Origin: Epithemia pelagica
Lineage: Eukaryota > Protista > Bacillariophyta
Assembly: GCA_946965045.2 (NCBI GenBank)
Contig: OX337235.1
Span: forward strand, 620,001-684,000
DNA: 64,000 bases
Direction: 5' to 3'
Positions 1-9,858 of the stretch are shown here, one piece after another. The notes below the pieces were generated by a model. The model ran no database searches. It was given only the letters and a program-made list of their open reading frames with translations, and was not told the DNA's origin. The position numbers and the translations under genes were made by a program. Positions within the stretch are counted from its first letter, which is position 1; every line of letters begins with the position of its first letter.

Positions 1-3000
1 GGAGATCCGACTTACTTGGGGACTACTTTGCCCCACATCCCTTCTGATTGGCCTGTGTTGCTCCTTTTGCCTTCAGGATGGACTCGACCTGCGCTTCCGG
101 GCGTACAGTGGCTCACCGTGAATCATACTCGCTGTGGGGGCATTACCACGGCAAGAGTTCAGGTCGGCCGCAGGAATCTTCCACCATTGCATTTTCAAGT
201 GGAGGTCCGGCATACCATTTCGGCCATCCTTGATCATTCGATTCGGCCGGTTTCTTGCTCTGCGGTGGGTCCGTCGCAACCTTGTTATCCGCAGCACAGT
301 CAGCTCTACGTCCGAGACTTGAAACGCCACGTTTTGGTTCCTACGACATTTTTCAAGACAGGCTGGGGCCACCGATGTCTCACTCCTGCTGAGTTGGGCG
401 CCGCTTTCGATCTTCCCTTGTGGCTGTCGCCGACTTCCGAGGCTCATGCTTGGTGGCACTCACATGTTTTGGGCGCCCGCTTCATCCCCATCAAGATCCC
501 TGCTGCTGTGTTGGGTGGAGCACTTCCTCATTTGGAACCCGTCTTTGTCCACCATCTCGACCGGGCTGGCGAAAAGCGTGATGGTCCTCCTCCCCATTCA
601 CCTCCGATGACAAAACGGCCGCGGCTGTCCCCTCCCGTGGACGCTGCTACAAAAGATGGACAGCTCGGCACTTGGTTTGCGTCGCTTCGGGCCTTTCTTC
701 CACATGCGGCTTGGCTGGACGACTCTTTGATTGCAACCAAGGCTACCAAGGCTGATGACGCGGAGGCACCTTATGATTTGTGGGACGGCCGCATTCGGGG
801 CGTCTTTCCCTGGCTCACCGATGCGGCTCTCGCTGGTTTTCGTCTTCTTGGCCTTTGGTGGTGGCGACGTTCCTTGTATCGCAGTTTCCTCTCTTATCTG
901 CGGTCTCGGTTTGGCAATGAGTGGCTGTCGCTTCTACCAGCGGCGCGACAGCGCCAGGGGGGGGGGGGGGGTGATACTTTTTCTCTTTACGATGTTTGCG
1001 TGGCTGGGCGTTCGGTCCTTTCTCAATTGCTGGCGGCCTCCTGGTGGGACTGGGACCAGGGCTCCTCCCTCATTTTCTGGCGGTGGAACGGTCTTCAACA
1101 GCAAAGGGATGCCTGGTTCGGTACCCCTATCCATGTTACTGCTCCTCTTCCACACAACAAACGGCCTCAGCGCGCTCCTACCGCCGATTCTCGGCCGCGT
1201 GTGGCGGCAAAACTCGCCAAGGTCCTGTCTCGCGGTTATTTTGATACGGACGCAACGATTCTTAGTCTAACGGATTATTTTGATGTGCCTAAGGGTGAAT
1301 CTGATATACGCATGGTATACAACGGTACCAGCTCTGGTCTAAACGACTCCCTATGGGCACCAAACTTCTGGCTCCCGACGGCGGAGACTTCATTGCGTCT
1401 GCTTACGACGGCCTCCTACTGCGGCGATATGGACCTAGGGGAAATGTTTCTTAATTTTCCTATGGACCGGAATTTGCGACCATTTGCTGGAGTTGATCTT
1501 CGTCCCATCAAGGACTTGTTCCCTTCGGATCTTTTGGAGGCTGGCTGCACCGACAAAGTTCGGTGGAATAGATTGTTCATGGGCATGCTTCCCAGCCCGT
1601 TTCATGCGGTGGAACAATTCTACTTGGCCGAAGAAGTTGCTCGTGGATCCCCGCACGATCTCTTCAACCCATGTGGATTTGACGAGGTTCGCTTCAATAT
1701 TCCAGGCTCGGCTGATTATTCTCCGGTACGCCCTTGGATAATGAAATGGAACTCGCGGACAAACTCCATTGCTGGGGACTCTGTCACCTACATGGACGAC
1801 ATTCGAATCATCGGATCTTTGGCGGAAAATGCCTGGCAAGTAGGTCGACAGTTGGCTGCGCGCCTTCAATACTTCGGAATCCAGGACGCTCCCAGAAAGC
1901 GACGACCACCCTCCAAAACACCGGGAGCTTGGGCTGGGTCCGTCCAACACATTTCAGACACGGCTGTGTCGAAAACAGTCACTCAAGCAAAGTGGGAAAA
2001 GGGGAAGGCCATCATCGAACAGTACAAGAAAGCCTACGACAATTCTGACTCCCCCTCTTTCTCACACAAACAAATGCAACGCGATGTTGGGTTCCTAGTC
2101 CATCTGGCAATGACTTATGCGTGCATGATGCCATTCCTCAAAGGCTTTTATCTATCAATGAACATGTGGCGAGGCGGACGCAACACGGAAGGATGGAAAC
2201 TATCAGCTAGAGAATGGGTTACTGAGCTACAAGAAAAACTGGATGCACGTGAATACGATACACTGTGTGGTTTCGGTGACGACGGTGACAACGCTGACAA
2301 ACCTCCGCCTCAAATACCTGGAGTACCAAGGTTAAAGACGGATGTTGGGGCACTGGTGGCGCTCTTCGACAGTGACGACCCTCCAGTCATAAAGGTCCGC
2401 TGTGAAACCATCTTTATAGCTTTGTACGGATCCGGAGATGCATCAGGTGCCGGTTTTGGTTCGGCGATTCAATTACCGCAAAAGGGGTTATCATACAGAA
2501 TTGGAGTTTGGGACAGCGATGTTGTGGTTGGAGAATCCTCAAACTGGAGGGAATTCACCAACTGCGTGGAAGCGTTGGAAGAGGAAGCGAACAAAGGGTC
2601 GCTGAAGTCTTCGGAGGTCTTTTTCTTTACAGACAACTCCACAGTCGAAAGATGTTTCTATAAAGGCTCGTCTTCCAGCCCTAAATTGCTCGACCTTGTA
2701 ATTCGTTTGCGACGCCTTGAAATGGCCCATTCACTGAGACTACATATGTCGCATGTCTCGGGGAAGAGAATGATTGCATGGGGGGTGGATGGAATTTCTA
2801 GAGGTCAACTAAACAAGGGAGTCATGGCCGGCCAGCCAATGCTCTCTTTCATCCCTTTGCACAAGACACCGATTCAGATGTCGGATTCCCTGATGGGATG
2901 GGTCAAGTCCTGGCTGGGGCCAAAGACGGAATGGCTAACCCCCATGGACTGGTTTACAACCGCCCACGACATTCGAGGCTGGACAATGCCCACGGAGTCA

Positions 3001-3462
3001 AACAAACTGTCCCTGCCCATACTGAGGCCAGGACACTTTGTCTGGAGCCCTCCAGCCGGCGCTGCGGATGCCGCCCTGGAGGAGCTCCGAAAGATTAGAC
3101 ACAAGAGACAAAAATCAACTCATGTCTTCTTGTGCCATCGTCTGCTTACCCCGCGGTGGTACAGACTAATGCACAAAGCTTGCGACCTTGTCATCGAAAT
3201 CCCAGCGGGAACATCATTTTGGCCCCGTGAAAATTATGAGCCACTCATCGTTGGTTTTGCTTTTCCTTTTCTCAGGTTAAAACCATGGCAGCTGCGCGGG
3301 ACGCCAAAAATGTTCGCAGTGGAAAGGAAATTGCGAGAACTGTGGAAAATTGATGAACTGGGTGGACGGGATCTTTTGCGGAAACTTTGCATTCAGTGTT
3401 GGAAACTGGCCACCATGGTGGAAAGCATGGTGTCCAGAGTGTTATTCTTTGAACGAAGATGA
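1..3462 (+). CDS. Retroelement pol: N-terminal domain + reverse transcriptase + RNase H (frame open from base 1)
   Basis: RT motifs DVPKGESDIRMVYNGT, DMDLGEMFLNF, MGMLPSP, YMDD. RNase H motifs GDASGAGFG, SSNWRE, FFFTDN, HVSGKRM...DGISRG. The frame from base 1 (GGA GAT CCG ACT TAC TTG) has no stop, so the track start at 16 is not the real start. Confidence 0.85.
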   Translation, partial: GDPTYLGTTLPHIPSDWPVLLLLPSGWTRPALPGVQWLTVNHTRCGGITTARVQVGRRNLPPLHFQVEVRHTISAILDHSIRPVSCSAVGPSQPCYPQHSQLYVRDLKRHVLVPTTFFKTGWGHRCLTPAELGAAFDLPLWLSPTSEAHAWWHSHVLGARFIPIKIPAAVLGGALPHLEPVFVHHLDRAGEKRDGPPPHSPPMTKRPRLSPPVDAATKDGQLGTWFASLRAFLPHAAWLDDSLIATKATKADDAEAPYDLWDGRIRGVFPWLTDAALAGFRLLGLWWWRRSLYRSFLSYLRSRFGNEWLSLLPAARQRQGGGGGDTFSLYDVCVAGRSVLSQLLAASWWDWDQGSSLIFWRWNGLQQQRDAWFGTPIHVTAPLPHNKRPQRAPTADSRPRVAAKLAKVLSRGYFDTDATILSLTDYFDVPKGESDIRMVYNGTSSGLNDSLWAPNFWLPTAETSLRLLTTASYCGDMDLGEMFLNFPMDRNLRPFAGVDLRPIKDLFPSDLLEAGCTDKVRWNRLFMGMLPSPFHAVEQFYLAEEVARGSPHDLFNPCGFDEVRFNIPGSADYSPVRPWIMKWNSRTNSIAGDSVTYMDDIRIIGSLAENAWQVGRQLAARLQYFGIQDAPRKRRPPSKTPGAWAGSVQHISDTAVSKTVTQAKWEKGKAIIEQYKKAYDNSDSPSFSHKQMQRDVGFLVHLAMTYACMMPFLKGFYLSMNMWRGGRNTEGWKLSAREWVTELQEKLDAREYDTLCGFGDDGDNADKPPPQIPGVPRLKTDVGALVALFDSDDPPVIKVRCETIFIALYGSGDASGAGFGSAIQLPQKGLSYRIGVWDSDVVVGESSNWREFTNCVEALEEEANKGSLKSSEVFFFTDNSTVERCFYKGSSSSPKLLDLVIRLRRLEMAHSLRLHMSHVSGKRMIAWGVDGISRGQLNKGVMAGQPMLSFIPLHKTPIQMSDSLMGWVKSWLGPKTEWLTPMDWFTTAHDIRGWTMPTESNKLSLPILRPGHFVWSPPAGAADAALEELRKIRHKRQKSTHVFLCHRLLTPRWYRLMHKACDLVIEIPAGTSFWPRENYEPLIVGFAFPFLRLKPWQLRGTPKMFAVERKLRELWKIDELGGRDLLRKLCIQCWKLATMVESMVSRVLFFERR

Positions 3463-3690
3463 CGGATTCTACATTGCTAGCAAAAACACCTCCTATGGAC
3501 AAGACGATCTAGACCGACTACCTAGTCGCAGAAAGTTGGAAACATCAAACTAGAGATCGATCGGAGGACTTTCTGAAGGCAAGGAAGGGCGACCATCTAA
3601 TCACCCCTTTCGAGTGCGACTTGTGCATATTTCGCAAACTGCGATTCCAGGATCCAATTCGCAGCGATGTGCAAGATACCTACCTTCTAC
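3350..3690 (+). pseudogene. Frameshifted, truncated N-terminus of the probable tyrosine-recombinase ORF
   Basis: IFCGNF..WPPWWKAWCPECY (3350 frame) is followed after a frameshift near 3510-3550 by ARKGDHLITPFECDLCIFRK. From recall, this resembles the Cys-rich leader of YR ORFs in such elements. The catalytic R-H-R-Y core is absent. Confidence 0.55.
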
Positions 3691-3827
3691 ACGCAAACGT
3701 TCTTGTACAGAACTGCAAACAACGCAAAAAGACGAATCCAGCAAGAACCCTCCTCGAGAAACCAGTGTATCCTTGCAGCAGGCAAAACCGATTCAACGAG
3801 AAGCAGGGGCTACGACTGTGTCGTTGA

Positions 3828-6606
3828 GTGAACAACAAAAGGCACCTTGCTGACGTCAACAACAACAAGACTGTTATTCAAAATGGGTCGGATGAGGAGG
3901 ATGGCAACCGGAAGCGGGCCAGAGTACAGCTTGAGGTGGATGTTGATGAAGCTATAACCCACAAGCCCGAGAATGAGCATCCTCATTCTACTGTAGAAGG
4001 AGAGGACGACCACGAATCGTACGATGCATGGTCGGAGAGCGATGCCGGGTCGGTCAGCATGCTGATAGAAGATGCAGTTACCAACAATGGTCCTCCTCAG
4101 CGCAAGTTGGACATGAAGTGTTTGCAGGAATGTATTAAGAATGGCGAGGCAGCTCTGGAGCAAGTGAATGGCATGGATGTCGTTCTCATCATGGGCAAGA
4201 CGGGTGCTGGAAAGACTACGTTGATTAACGGAATTGCCCGAAAGGAATTGAAAGAAACAGTCATCCAAGAGACAAGTACCGGAGTAACAGTGGAGAAAAA
4301 TGTTTTTATGGCCACGCAGGAGCTTCCCGGCTTTGAGATTGGACATGCCAAACAGTCCATGACCAAATGCCTTCGATGCTTTGCCCCAGAACTTGAAGTT
4401 TCGTCGTCCAAGAAGAAGAGTAGAGTTGTATACGTCGACTCTCCCGGGTTTGAAGACACGGATGGCCCCGAAGTTGACATTGCCACATCGGTGATGATCA
4501 ATCAAGTGGTCAAACGATCCAAAAGTCTTCGATTTGTCATTTTGATCAATTACGCCTCATTGCTCGAAGACCGCGGAGGTTCGATGCGGGCGGTCCTCAA
4601 GCTCATTCATGTGTTTGTTGATGATTTCAAGGCCCACAAGACGAGTTTCACGTTTCTTTTTACGCATATAAATGAGATCAAGGATGTCTCAAAAGACCTG
4701 GCTGGTGCACGAAAATGTCTCTTGAAGGAGTTGATTCGAACCAGAATGGGTACCAATGCATCCGACACAGATGTCGTGCAAATTCTTGACCACATGATCG
4801 ACTACCTAATGAAGCGCAAACATGATCCCAAAAAACCTAAATACCAAATTGTGGACATTTTGCATCCCATTCCGTCAGATTTTGCAAATTTGAAGACGAT
4901 CGTTGAAGAAAGCAAGCCAGTAACAAAGAAGTTTGTCGCAGCTACCTGTGGTCTCTCACCGCAGCTGAAACTGAAACTCGGCGCTGGTCTGGAGAGTATG
5001 TTGCAGCATCTGCGTGTTCTGTTGAACAATAATTCATCGCTTGCAGAGGCCAAGGAGGCCAAGGAGGTTTCTGATTATATGCTTTATTTAATGCGCTTTA
5101 TGGACATTGAAGTGGTCCGTAGCAACGTCACAGCCTGTTCTTCCCTGGCTCAAAAGTACGCAAAACACTTGTGTGATGTCGTGGAAACGGAAACGCGACG
5201 AGGCACGTCGGTACAAGTCAAGTTTGGCCGCTCTAATGTGAAATCGCTCAAGAATGCTCTGGGACAAGTGGAACTGTTGGACAGCTTTTGCGAAGAAGGA
5301 AAACGTTTCAAGGAGGTCAATGCTTTTGTAGACCGTAAAGTTCGAGATTTTCATCAAGAGGCCATGTGTGGATTTGGGTGCGACAACTTGCACATTGTGC
5401 TTGCTCATTTACGTTGCTGGGCTGACGGCTTTGGACAGTTTCAGACTCTCTACCAGAGTGCCCATAGCCATTTCGTCCAGCTGTGCTCGAAGGAGGGTGC
5501 AAATACATTAGTGGCTTCGACCTGGATGGATTTGCTTCTGTATCACAAGACAGTTTGGAGACCTTTGTGGAAACGCTCCGCGATATCGAGCTCGTGTGCA
5601 AACTTGTGGGCCATGCTGCGGAACATGAGATTGACGTTACCGTGCCGCGTCGGGTCGTTGTCAAGGTGAGGCAAGCAATGTTAGAGGCAGTCCAAACAAA
5701 GGCGTCACTTCCAACAAGTGTATGCCCAGAACAACTGGCGGACGTAGCTCGAGTTGCACGGTCCTTAGAATTGTTTCAAAAGTTGGCGAAACGCCACCTC
5801 GTCTTTCCGTCGTTTGATGAAGCATTATCAAGCCACATCCGTAAATTGGGTCAAGAGGTGGCCACGTGCTTCTCGGAAATATATGAGAAAGCCGAAACGG
5901 CAAGTCAGAATTTTGATTCAGGTTGGAATCAAGCTCTCACTAAACTTCAGTATCAGGTTGGTTGCTTTGATGGTCTTCAATCGCCTTGCTGGGGTCCTGT
6001 AAGGGCTGGATTTGCTTCCATCATACGCAAGCTTGAATCTGTTTTGGAAGAACGGATGCGTATTGTCGAAGTTAGAGCGAAAGATGTTTTACAGCATGGG
6101 TTTCGAGACGGGGCCGAAGAGAGAATCGCGATCGATCATCTGGCTGGGTATGAGTGGTTTGACGAATTCCTACATGCCGACCACAAATTTGTGGCTCTGT
6201 CACTGAGGGGAATTCAGAAAAGCTACCAGGAGAGAATTGACTTTGTTTTGCAAGAGATGAAAAAGTACATTTCAGACCTAGTTAGCGATAACCGAGAACG
6301 ACATTCCAAGCTATGTTTGCAAGATTATGTAAGGGAAATTCATGAGATTGGGATTTTTGATACTGGTGTTGCCCCCATGGTATCTGAAGCATTTTCCAGA
6401 CTACAACAGCACATCCAATTGAAAGAAAAACAGGCTGATGAGCTTTTGATAGCCTGGGGGAAAGCGGTTTCGGAATGGAAGAAGCATCTTAACAAACCCG
6501 TCGTTGACGATACCAAAATGGATGATGAACCTCAACAGCAACTTTATGAAGCGGGAAGGCAAGTTGATGATATTTTGGGCAAGATGGAAATGCTTGCTGA
6601 CATGCA
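3828..6606 (+). pseudogene. 5' part of giant GTPase-SecA-vWA gene: TRAFAC (AIG1/septin-like) GTPase + helical region
   Basis: G1 GKTGAGKTT, G2 Thr (SMT), G3 DSPG, G4-like FLFTH. Frameshift at about 5480 (ORF 3828-5669 hands over to 5483-6616) with no plausible intron. No ATG near the 5' end. Interrupted at 6606 by the Copia element. Confidence 0.75.
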
Positions 6607-7338
6607 CTTAATGTAAACAGATATCTAGGTGTTGGTAAAGACACGTGTTAGATATAGGTGGGGTAGTCAACATAGCTCGGGTAGCCAACCTACTGCGGTG
6701 AAACGACGATGGGGCCCTCACCTTCGAATCAGCAACTAGGTCGACTCTCTTTCACAAACAGTTTGGTTACAAACTTTTGGTTTATAAAAAGAGTGAGCTT
6801 ATTCTAAGATGAAAAGTGATTTTGGAGCTGGTTTGATCTCCTCGATCCTCTAGGTATGGAACTTGTTCTATTTGTTCCATAGAGCAGTTCTTTTTGTTCT
6901 GTGCACTAGTGGGAGATCTCACCTCTCCTATTGTATCTTGTTTTGGATCTTTACTCGATGGACTTACCTTTGACACTCTTCAGGTGGCCGGATGGCCTGC
7001 CTGAGATCCATTTGTTTTCTCAATATTGAGAGGAAGATTCGGTATCCGGTGGCTCGCCCGACATGCAAATATATACGGCTGTATAGTGGGCTCGCGGTCT
7101 GGCAAGTTTTTATGTAAATAATATAGTAAGGCGTAAATCACGTAAAGTTCCTTAGTTTTGGCGAGCAGCGCGATCAGTACTCTAAAGCAGCTGCTCGATG
7201 CGTTGAGGTTCAATTGACATGCGTTGAGGTGCAACGCCTGCTTCTGATCGGCATATGGCACGTCTGACCGCACGTCACGCATATAGCTAGAGGAAATAGT
7301 CTAATGTCTAGAGAGTCGAGAGCGGTATTCTATAACTC
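6607..7338 (-). repeat. 3' LTR of Copia-1 (732 bp)
   Basis: Direct repeat of 15608-16339 (offset 9001). Two substitutions seen (tcaaCatag/tcaaTatag; tatatAcgg/tatatGcgg). Confidence 0.96.
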
Positions 7339-7346
7339 TCCCTCTC
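7339..7346 (-). promoter_or_regulatory. Polypurine tract of Copia-1
   Basis: Minus-strand GAGAGGGA directly precedes the 3' LTR, about 45 bp after the pol stop. Confidence 0.75.
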
Positions 7347-7389
7347 ATGGAGTGATTGGTGGAGAATCACGACGTGGTATGATGTCAGC

Positions 7390-9858
7390 TTACCAACCTT
7401 GATTTAATTTGCCGCAGCGCTCAAAGAGCTCTCGATTTTGGCACTTGGTGAGATAGTCTGCCTTTTGATCATTGGTGCCTACCATACTGACCTTTACTCC
7501 TCCGGGATGATCACCGACATGTTCCCAGAAGAAATGTAGGTAATTATTAAAATGTTTTGTCCGGGGTGTAAGGCGTTGCTTGGTAGCTAGGTGGAAAGCT
7601 CCACTGTTGTCTTCAAAGACTTCAGAGAATATAGTTGGCTTTTCAAATGGGAGTTCTAGGTTCTCTAGAAGCTCTTCAATGACTCGTCTTGTTGCAATAA
7701 CACTACGCATTGCTTGAGACAAAGCATGATATTCCGCTTGAAGTGTGCTTAGAGCTACTGAAGATTGAAGTTGCGATCTCCAAATTAGAGGACATCTACA
7801 GAAGGTTAGGATGTATCCCGTTCGTGACTTGGCACTAACCGGGTTATCCTGTGGTTCACAACCATGGAGTCCCGCAAAATCAGCGTCTACATAACAATCT
7901 AGCTTGAAATCTTTAGTTGGAGTAAAGATTGTACCTTTGTCCTTGGTTCTTGATAGATAACGAACAATGGTCTTGATGGCTGTTGCATGTGACTTTTTAG
8001 GTGCTGAACTGAATCTAGCGACTTGACTAACTGCGAAGGCTATATCAGGTCTGGTATTCGTGGATAAATAGAGTAGCATTCCGACTATGGAGCTATAATG
8101 CCAGCTTTCTTTCATGGGCTCACCATCGGGATCGCTGCCGAGACCTAGCTGAGTCGCTGGGGTCCAATTCGGATTGCAGTCGTGTAGTCCCGTGGCATTT
8201 ATTATCTTGGCAATTAACCCCTTCTTGGTCATAGTAATAGACTTATTCTCATTTCGAATAAAGTTGATGCCCAAATAGTCGGTGAAATTGCCTTCTTTCT
8301 TAAGTGATAGGCCTTTCTTCTGTAGTCGTTCGATTAAATCATCAATAAGTTTCATATCAGGGGCACAAACGCCACAGTCGTCAACCCATAGAAAAATGAT
8401 GATGTTGGACTTGTAAAGAAGACATTCGTCATGCTTACTTGATTTGAAACCGTCTTCCTTAAGCGCTTGTACTAGATGGATATACCACAATCTAGGTGCA
8501 GAAGACAGGCCATATAGACTTTTGATGAGTCTTAAGCAGGTCGTTCCGGGCTTACTAGATCGAAACCCTCTAGGTAGATGAATCCATACAGGTTCATCTA
8601 AGGTAGCCTGTACAAATGCGTTGTTGAAATCGATACACGCAAGTTCCCAACCCAAGATTAAACTAAGGGTGAGCACAATACGGATAGTACTCCAGTGAAC
8701 CACTGGACTATAGTTCTCTTGTTCCGTTTCTTGTAGGTCTCCTCTAACACAATATCGAGCCTTATGCTTGATAATATCTCCGTCTGGAGATCGCTTGCGT
8801 TTGAATACCCATGTCCCAGGTAAAATTCGTGTATTAGCCTGGGATTGAGGGACTTCTTCCCAAGTTCCTTTCTCCTCTAGTTCGGTTATTTCCTTGCTAG
8901 CTGCCGCTTTCCATTTCTCTATGTCTGTATCTCGCATAGCCTCATCGTAAGAGAGGGTGTCGGGATCAGAGAGAGAAGCTTTGTGAACTGTTAAAAGGTC
9001 ACTAGGCTCATGAGATGGTGGCATTAGAGAAGGGAGGTTTGCTAGATTGCCTTCTTCAACTAAGCGGGTAGGTCGTTTAATAGTCCTAGCAGATCTCCTA
9101 GTTGGAAGGATCGTCGGTTGGACTGCACGTGGAGGCGGTCGCGGTGGTAATCTAGCTGGAGAAGGAGAAGGGTTGTGAAGAGGGGACTCCCTCTGAGACG
9201 GCGACTCCCTCGGAGAAATGGTAACCTTGTGGGGTGACAGATGGGGAGAAGGCAAACAAGGGGTACTCGGAGCTGTAGATTCAACTCCTGATGATACGGA
9301 CACCTGTCTTTGAGGTGTCTGGTTAGTTGTCTCCCTCTGAGGAGGTGACTCCAACGATGTGGTCAATGGAGTTGGAGTGGGATCCTCACTGGGAGTTGGT
9401 AAAGAAGCGGAGAGTGGCACTGGGAGTGGACGTGTGTTAGGTGTAGATGATGACGTCAACGGAAGATATGGTTGGCGAGTAGCAATTCGTTGTGCGACAT
9501 CTGATTGACGTCGAAGATACGTATTTTGGGTAGCTTCATCAATAGTAGTAGGGGAGTCTAGATCGTCCGTTTCGGATGAATCATCAGTGATATATTGATA
9601 TGCAGAATCTCCAAACAGGCGATACCAAGGTTCGGATGCAAAGTCCGGAAGCTGGTCGACAGACATGGCAATAGTGCTGAACCAATCGTCGAACACTACA
9701 TGGAACTGGGGCGTAATATAGCCAGTTTGAGGATTTAAGACTAATGGAACAGTACTGGCATGTTGCGTACTTAACCCCATAAGTTGGCAGCGAATAGATT
9801 TTGGCTTCCAGCGGGGTAGCTTCTTCCCGTCTGCATGGGACACGTGTGAAAACATCAT
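7390..9858 (-). CDS. Copia-1 pol 3' part: integrase C-terminus, RT, RNase H (disconnected from upstream ORF)
   Basis: GKKLPRWKPKS, WVFKRKR..KHKARYCVRGD, DFNNAFVQ, SLYGL, LWVDD, YVDADFAG, EDNSGA, ADYLTK. Confidence 0.9.
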   Translation of the reverse strand: MMFSHVSHADGKKLPRWKPKSIRCQLMGLSTQHASTVPLVLNPQTGYITPQFHVVFDDWFSTIAMSVDQLPDFASEPWYRLFGDSAYQYITDDSSETDDLDSPTTIDEATQNTYLRRQSDVAQRIATRQPYLPLTSSSTPNTRPLPVPLSASLPTPSEDPTPTPLTTSLESPPQRETTNQTPQRQVSVSSGVESTAPSTPCLPSPHLSPHKVTISPRESPSQRESPLHNPSPSPARLPPRPPPRAVQPTILPTRRSARTIKRPTRLVEEGNLANLPSLMPPSHEPSDLLTVHKASLSDPDTLSYDEAMRDTDIEKWKAAASKEITELEEKGTWEEVPQSQANTRILPGTWVFKRKRSPDGDIIKHKARYCVRGDLQETEQENYSPVVHWSTIRIVLTLSLILGWELACIDFNNAFVQATLDEPVWIHLPRGFRSSKPGTTCLRLIKSLYGLSSAPRLWYIHLVQALKEDGFKSSKHDECLLYKSNIIIFLWVDDCGVCAPDMKLIDDLIERLQKKGLSLKKEGNFTDYLGINFIRNENKSITMTKKGLIAKIINATGLHDCNPNWTPATQLGLGSDPDGEPMKESWHYSSIVGMLLYLSTNTRPDIAFAVSQVARFSSAPKKSHATAIKTIVRYLSRTKDKGTIFTPTKDFKLDCYVDADFAGLHGCEPQDNPVSAKSRTGYILTFCRCPLIWRSQLQSSVALSTLQAEYHALSQAMRSVIATRRVIEELLENLELPFEKPTIFSEVFEDNSGAFHLATKQRLTPRTKHFNNYLHFFWEHVGDHPGGVKVSMVGTNDQKADYLTKCQNRELFERCGKLNQGW

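Larger units (their letters stand above)
1..3690 (+). mobile_element. Tyrosine-recombinase (DIRS/Ngaro-like) retrotransposon; 5' part outside window, 3'-truncated
   Basis: Long RT/RNase H ORF with DIRS-type RNase H motifs, overlapped at its end by the Cys-rich start of a second ORF where a YR ORF would lie. Homology appears to stop at about 3690. No terminal repeats are visible. Confidence 0.75.

Noticed and set aside
1-3462. Compositional shift (pyrimidine-rich first part, A-rich later part) suggesting a chimeric element
   Set aside because: Not quantified, may reflect domain amino-acid composition, and no breakpoint was identified.
5472-5492. Intron explaining the frameshift in the GTPase gene
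   Set aside because: The only GT...AG nearby is about 10 nt, far below the roughly 80-150 nt introns seen elsewhere in this window.
6612-6620. Canonical LTR boundary at TGTAAAC (6612/15613)
   Set aside because: CTTAA outside it is present at both LTR copies and no TSD fits that boundary, whereas ATGCA fits 6607/16339.
6782-7282. 64- and 100-aa ORFs duplicated at 15783-16283
   Set aside because: They lie wholly within the LTRs, have no motifs, and are duplicated only because the LTR is.
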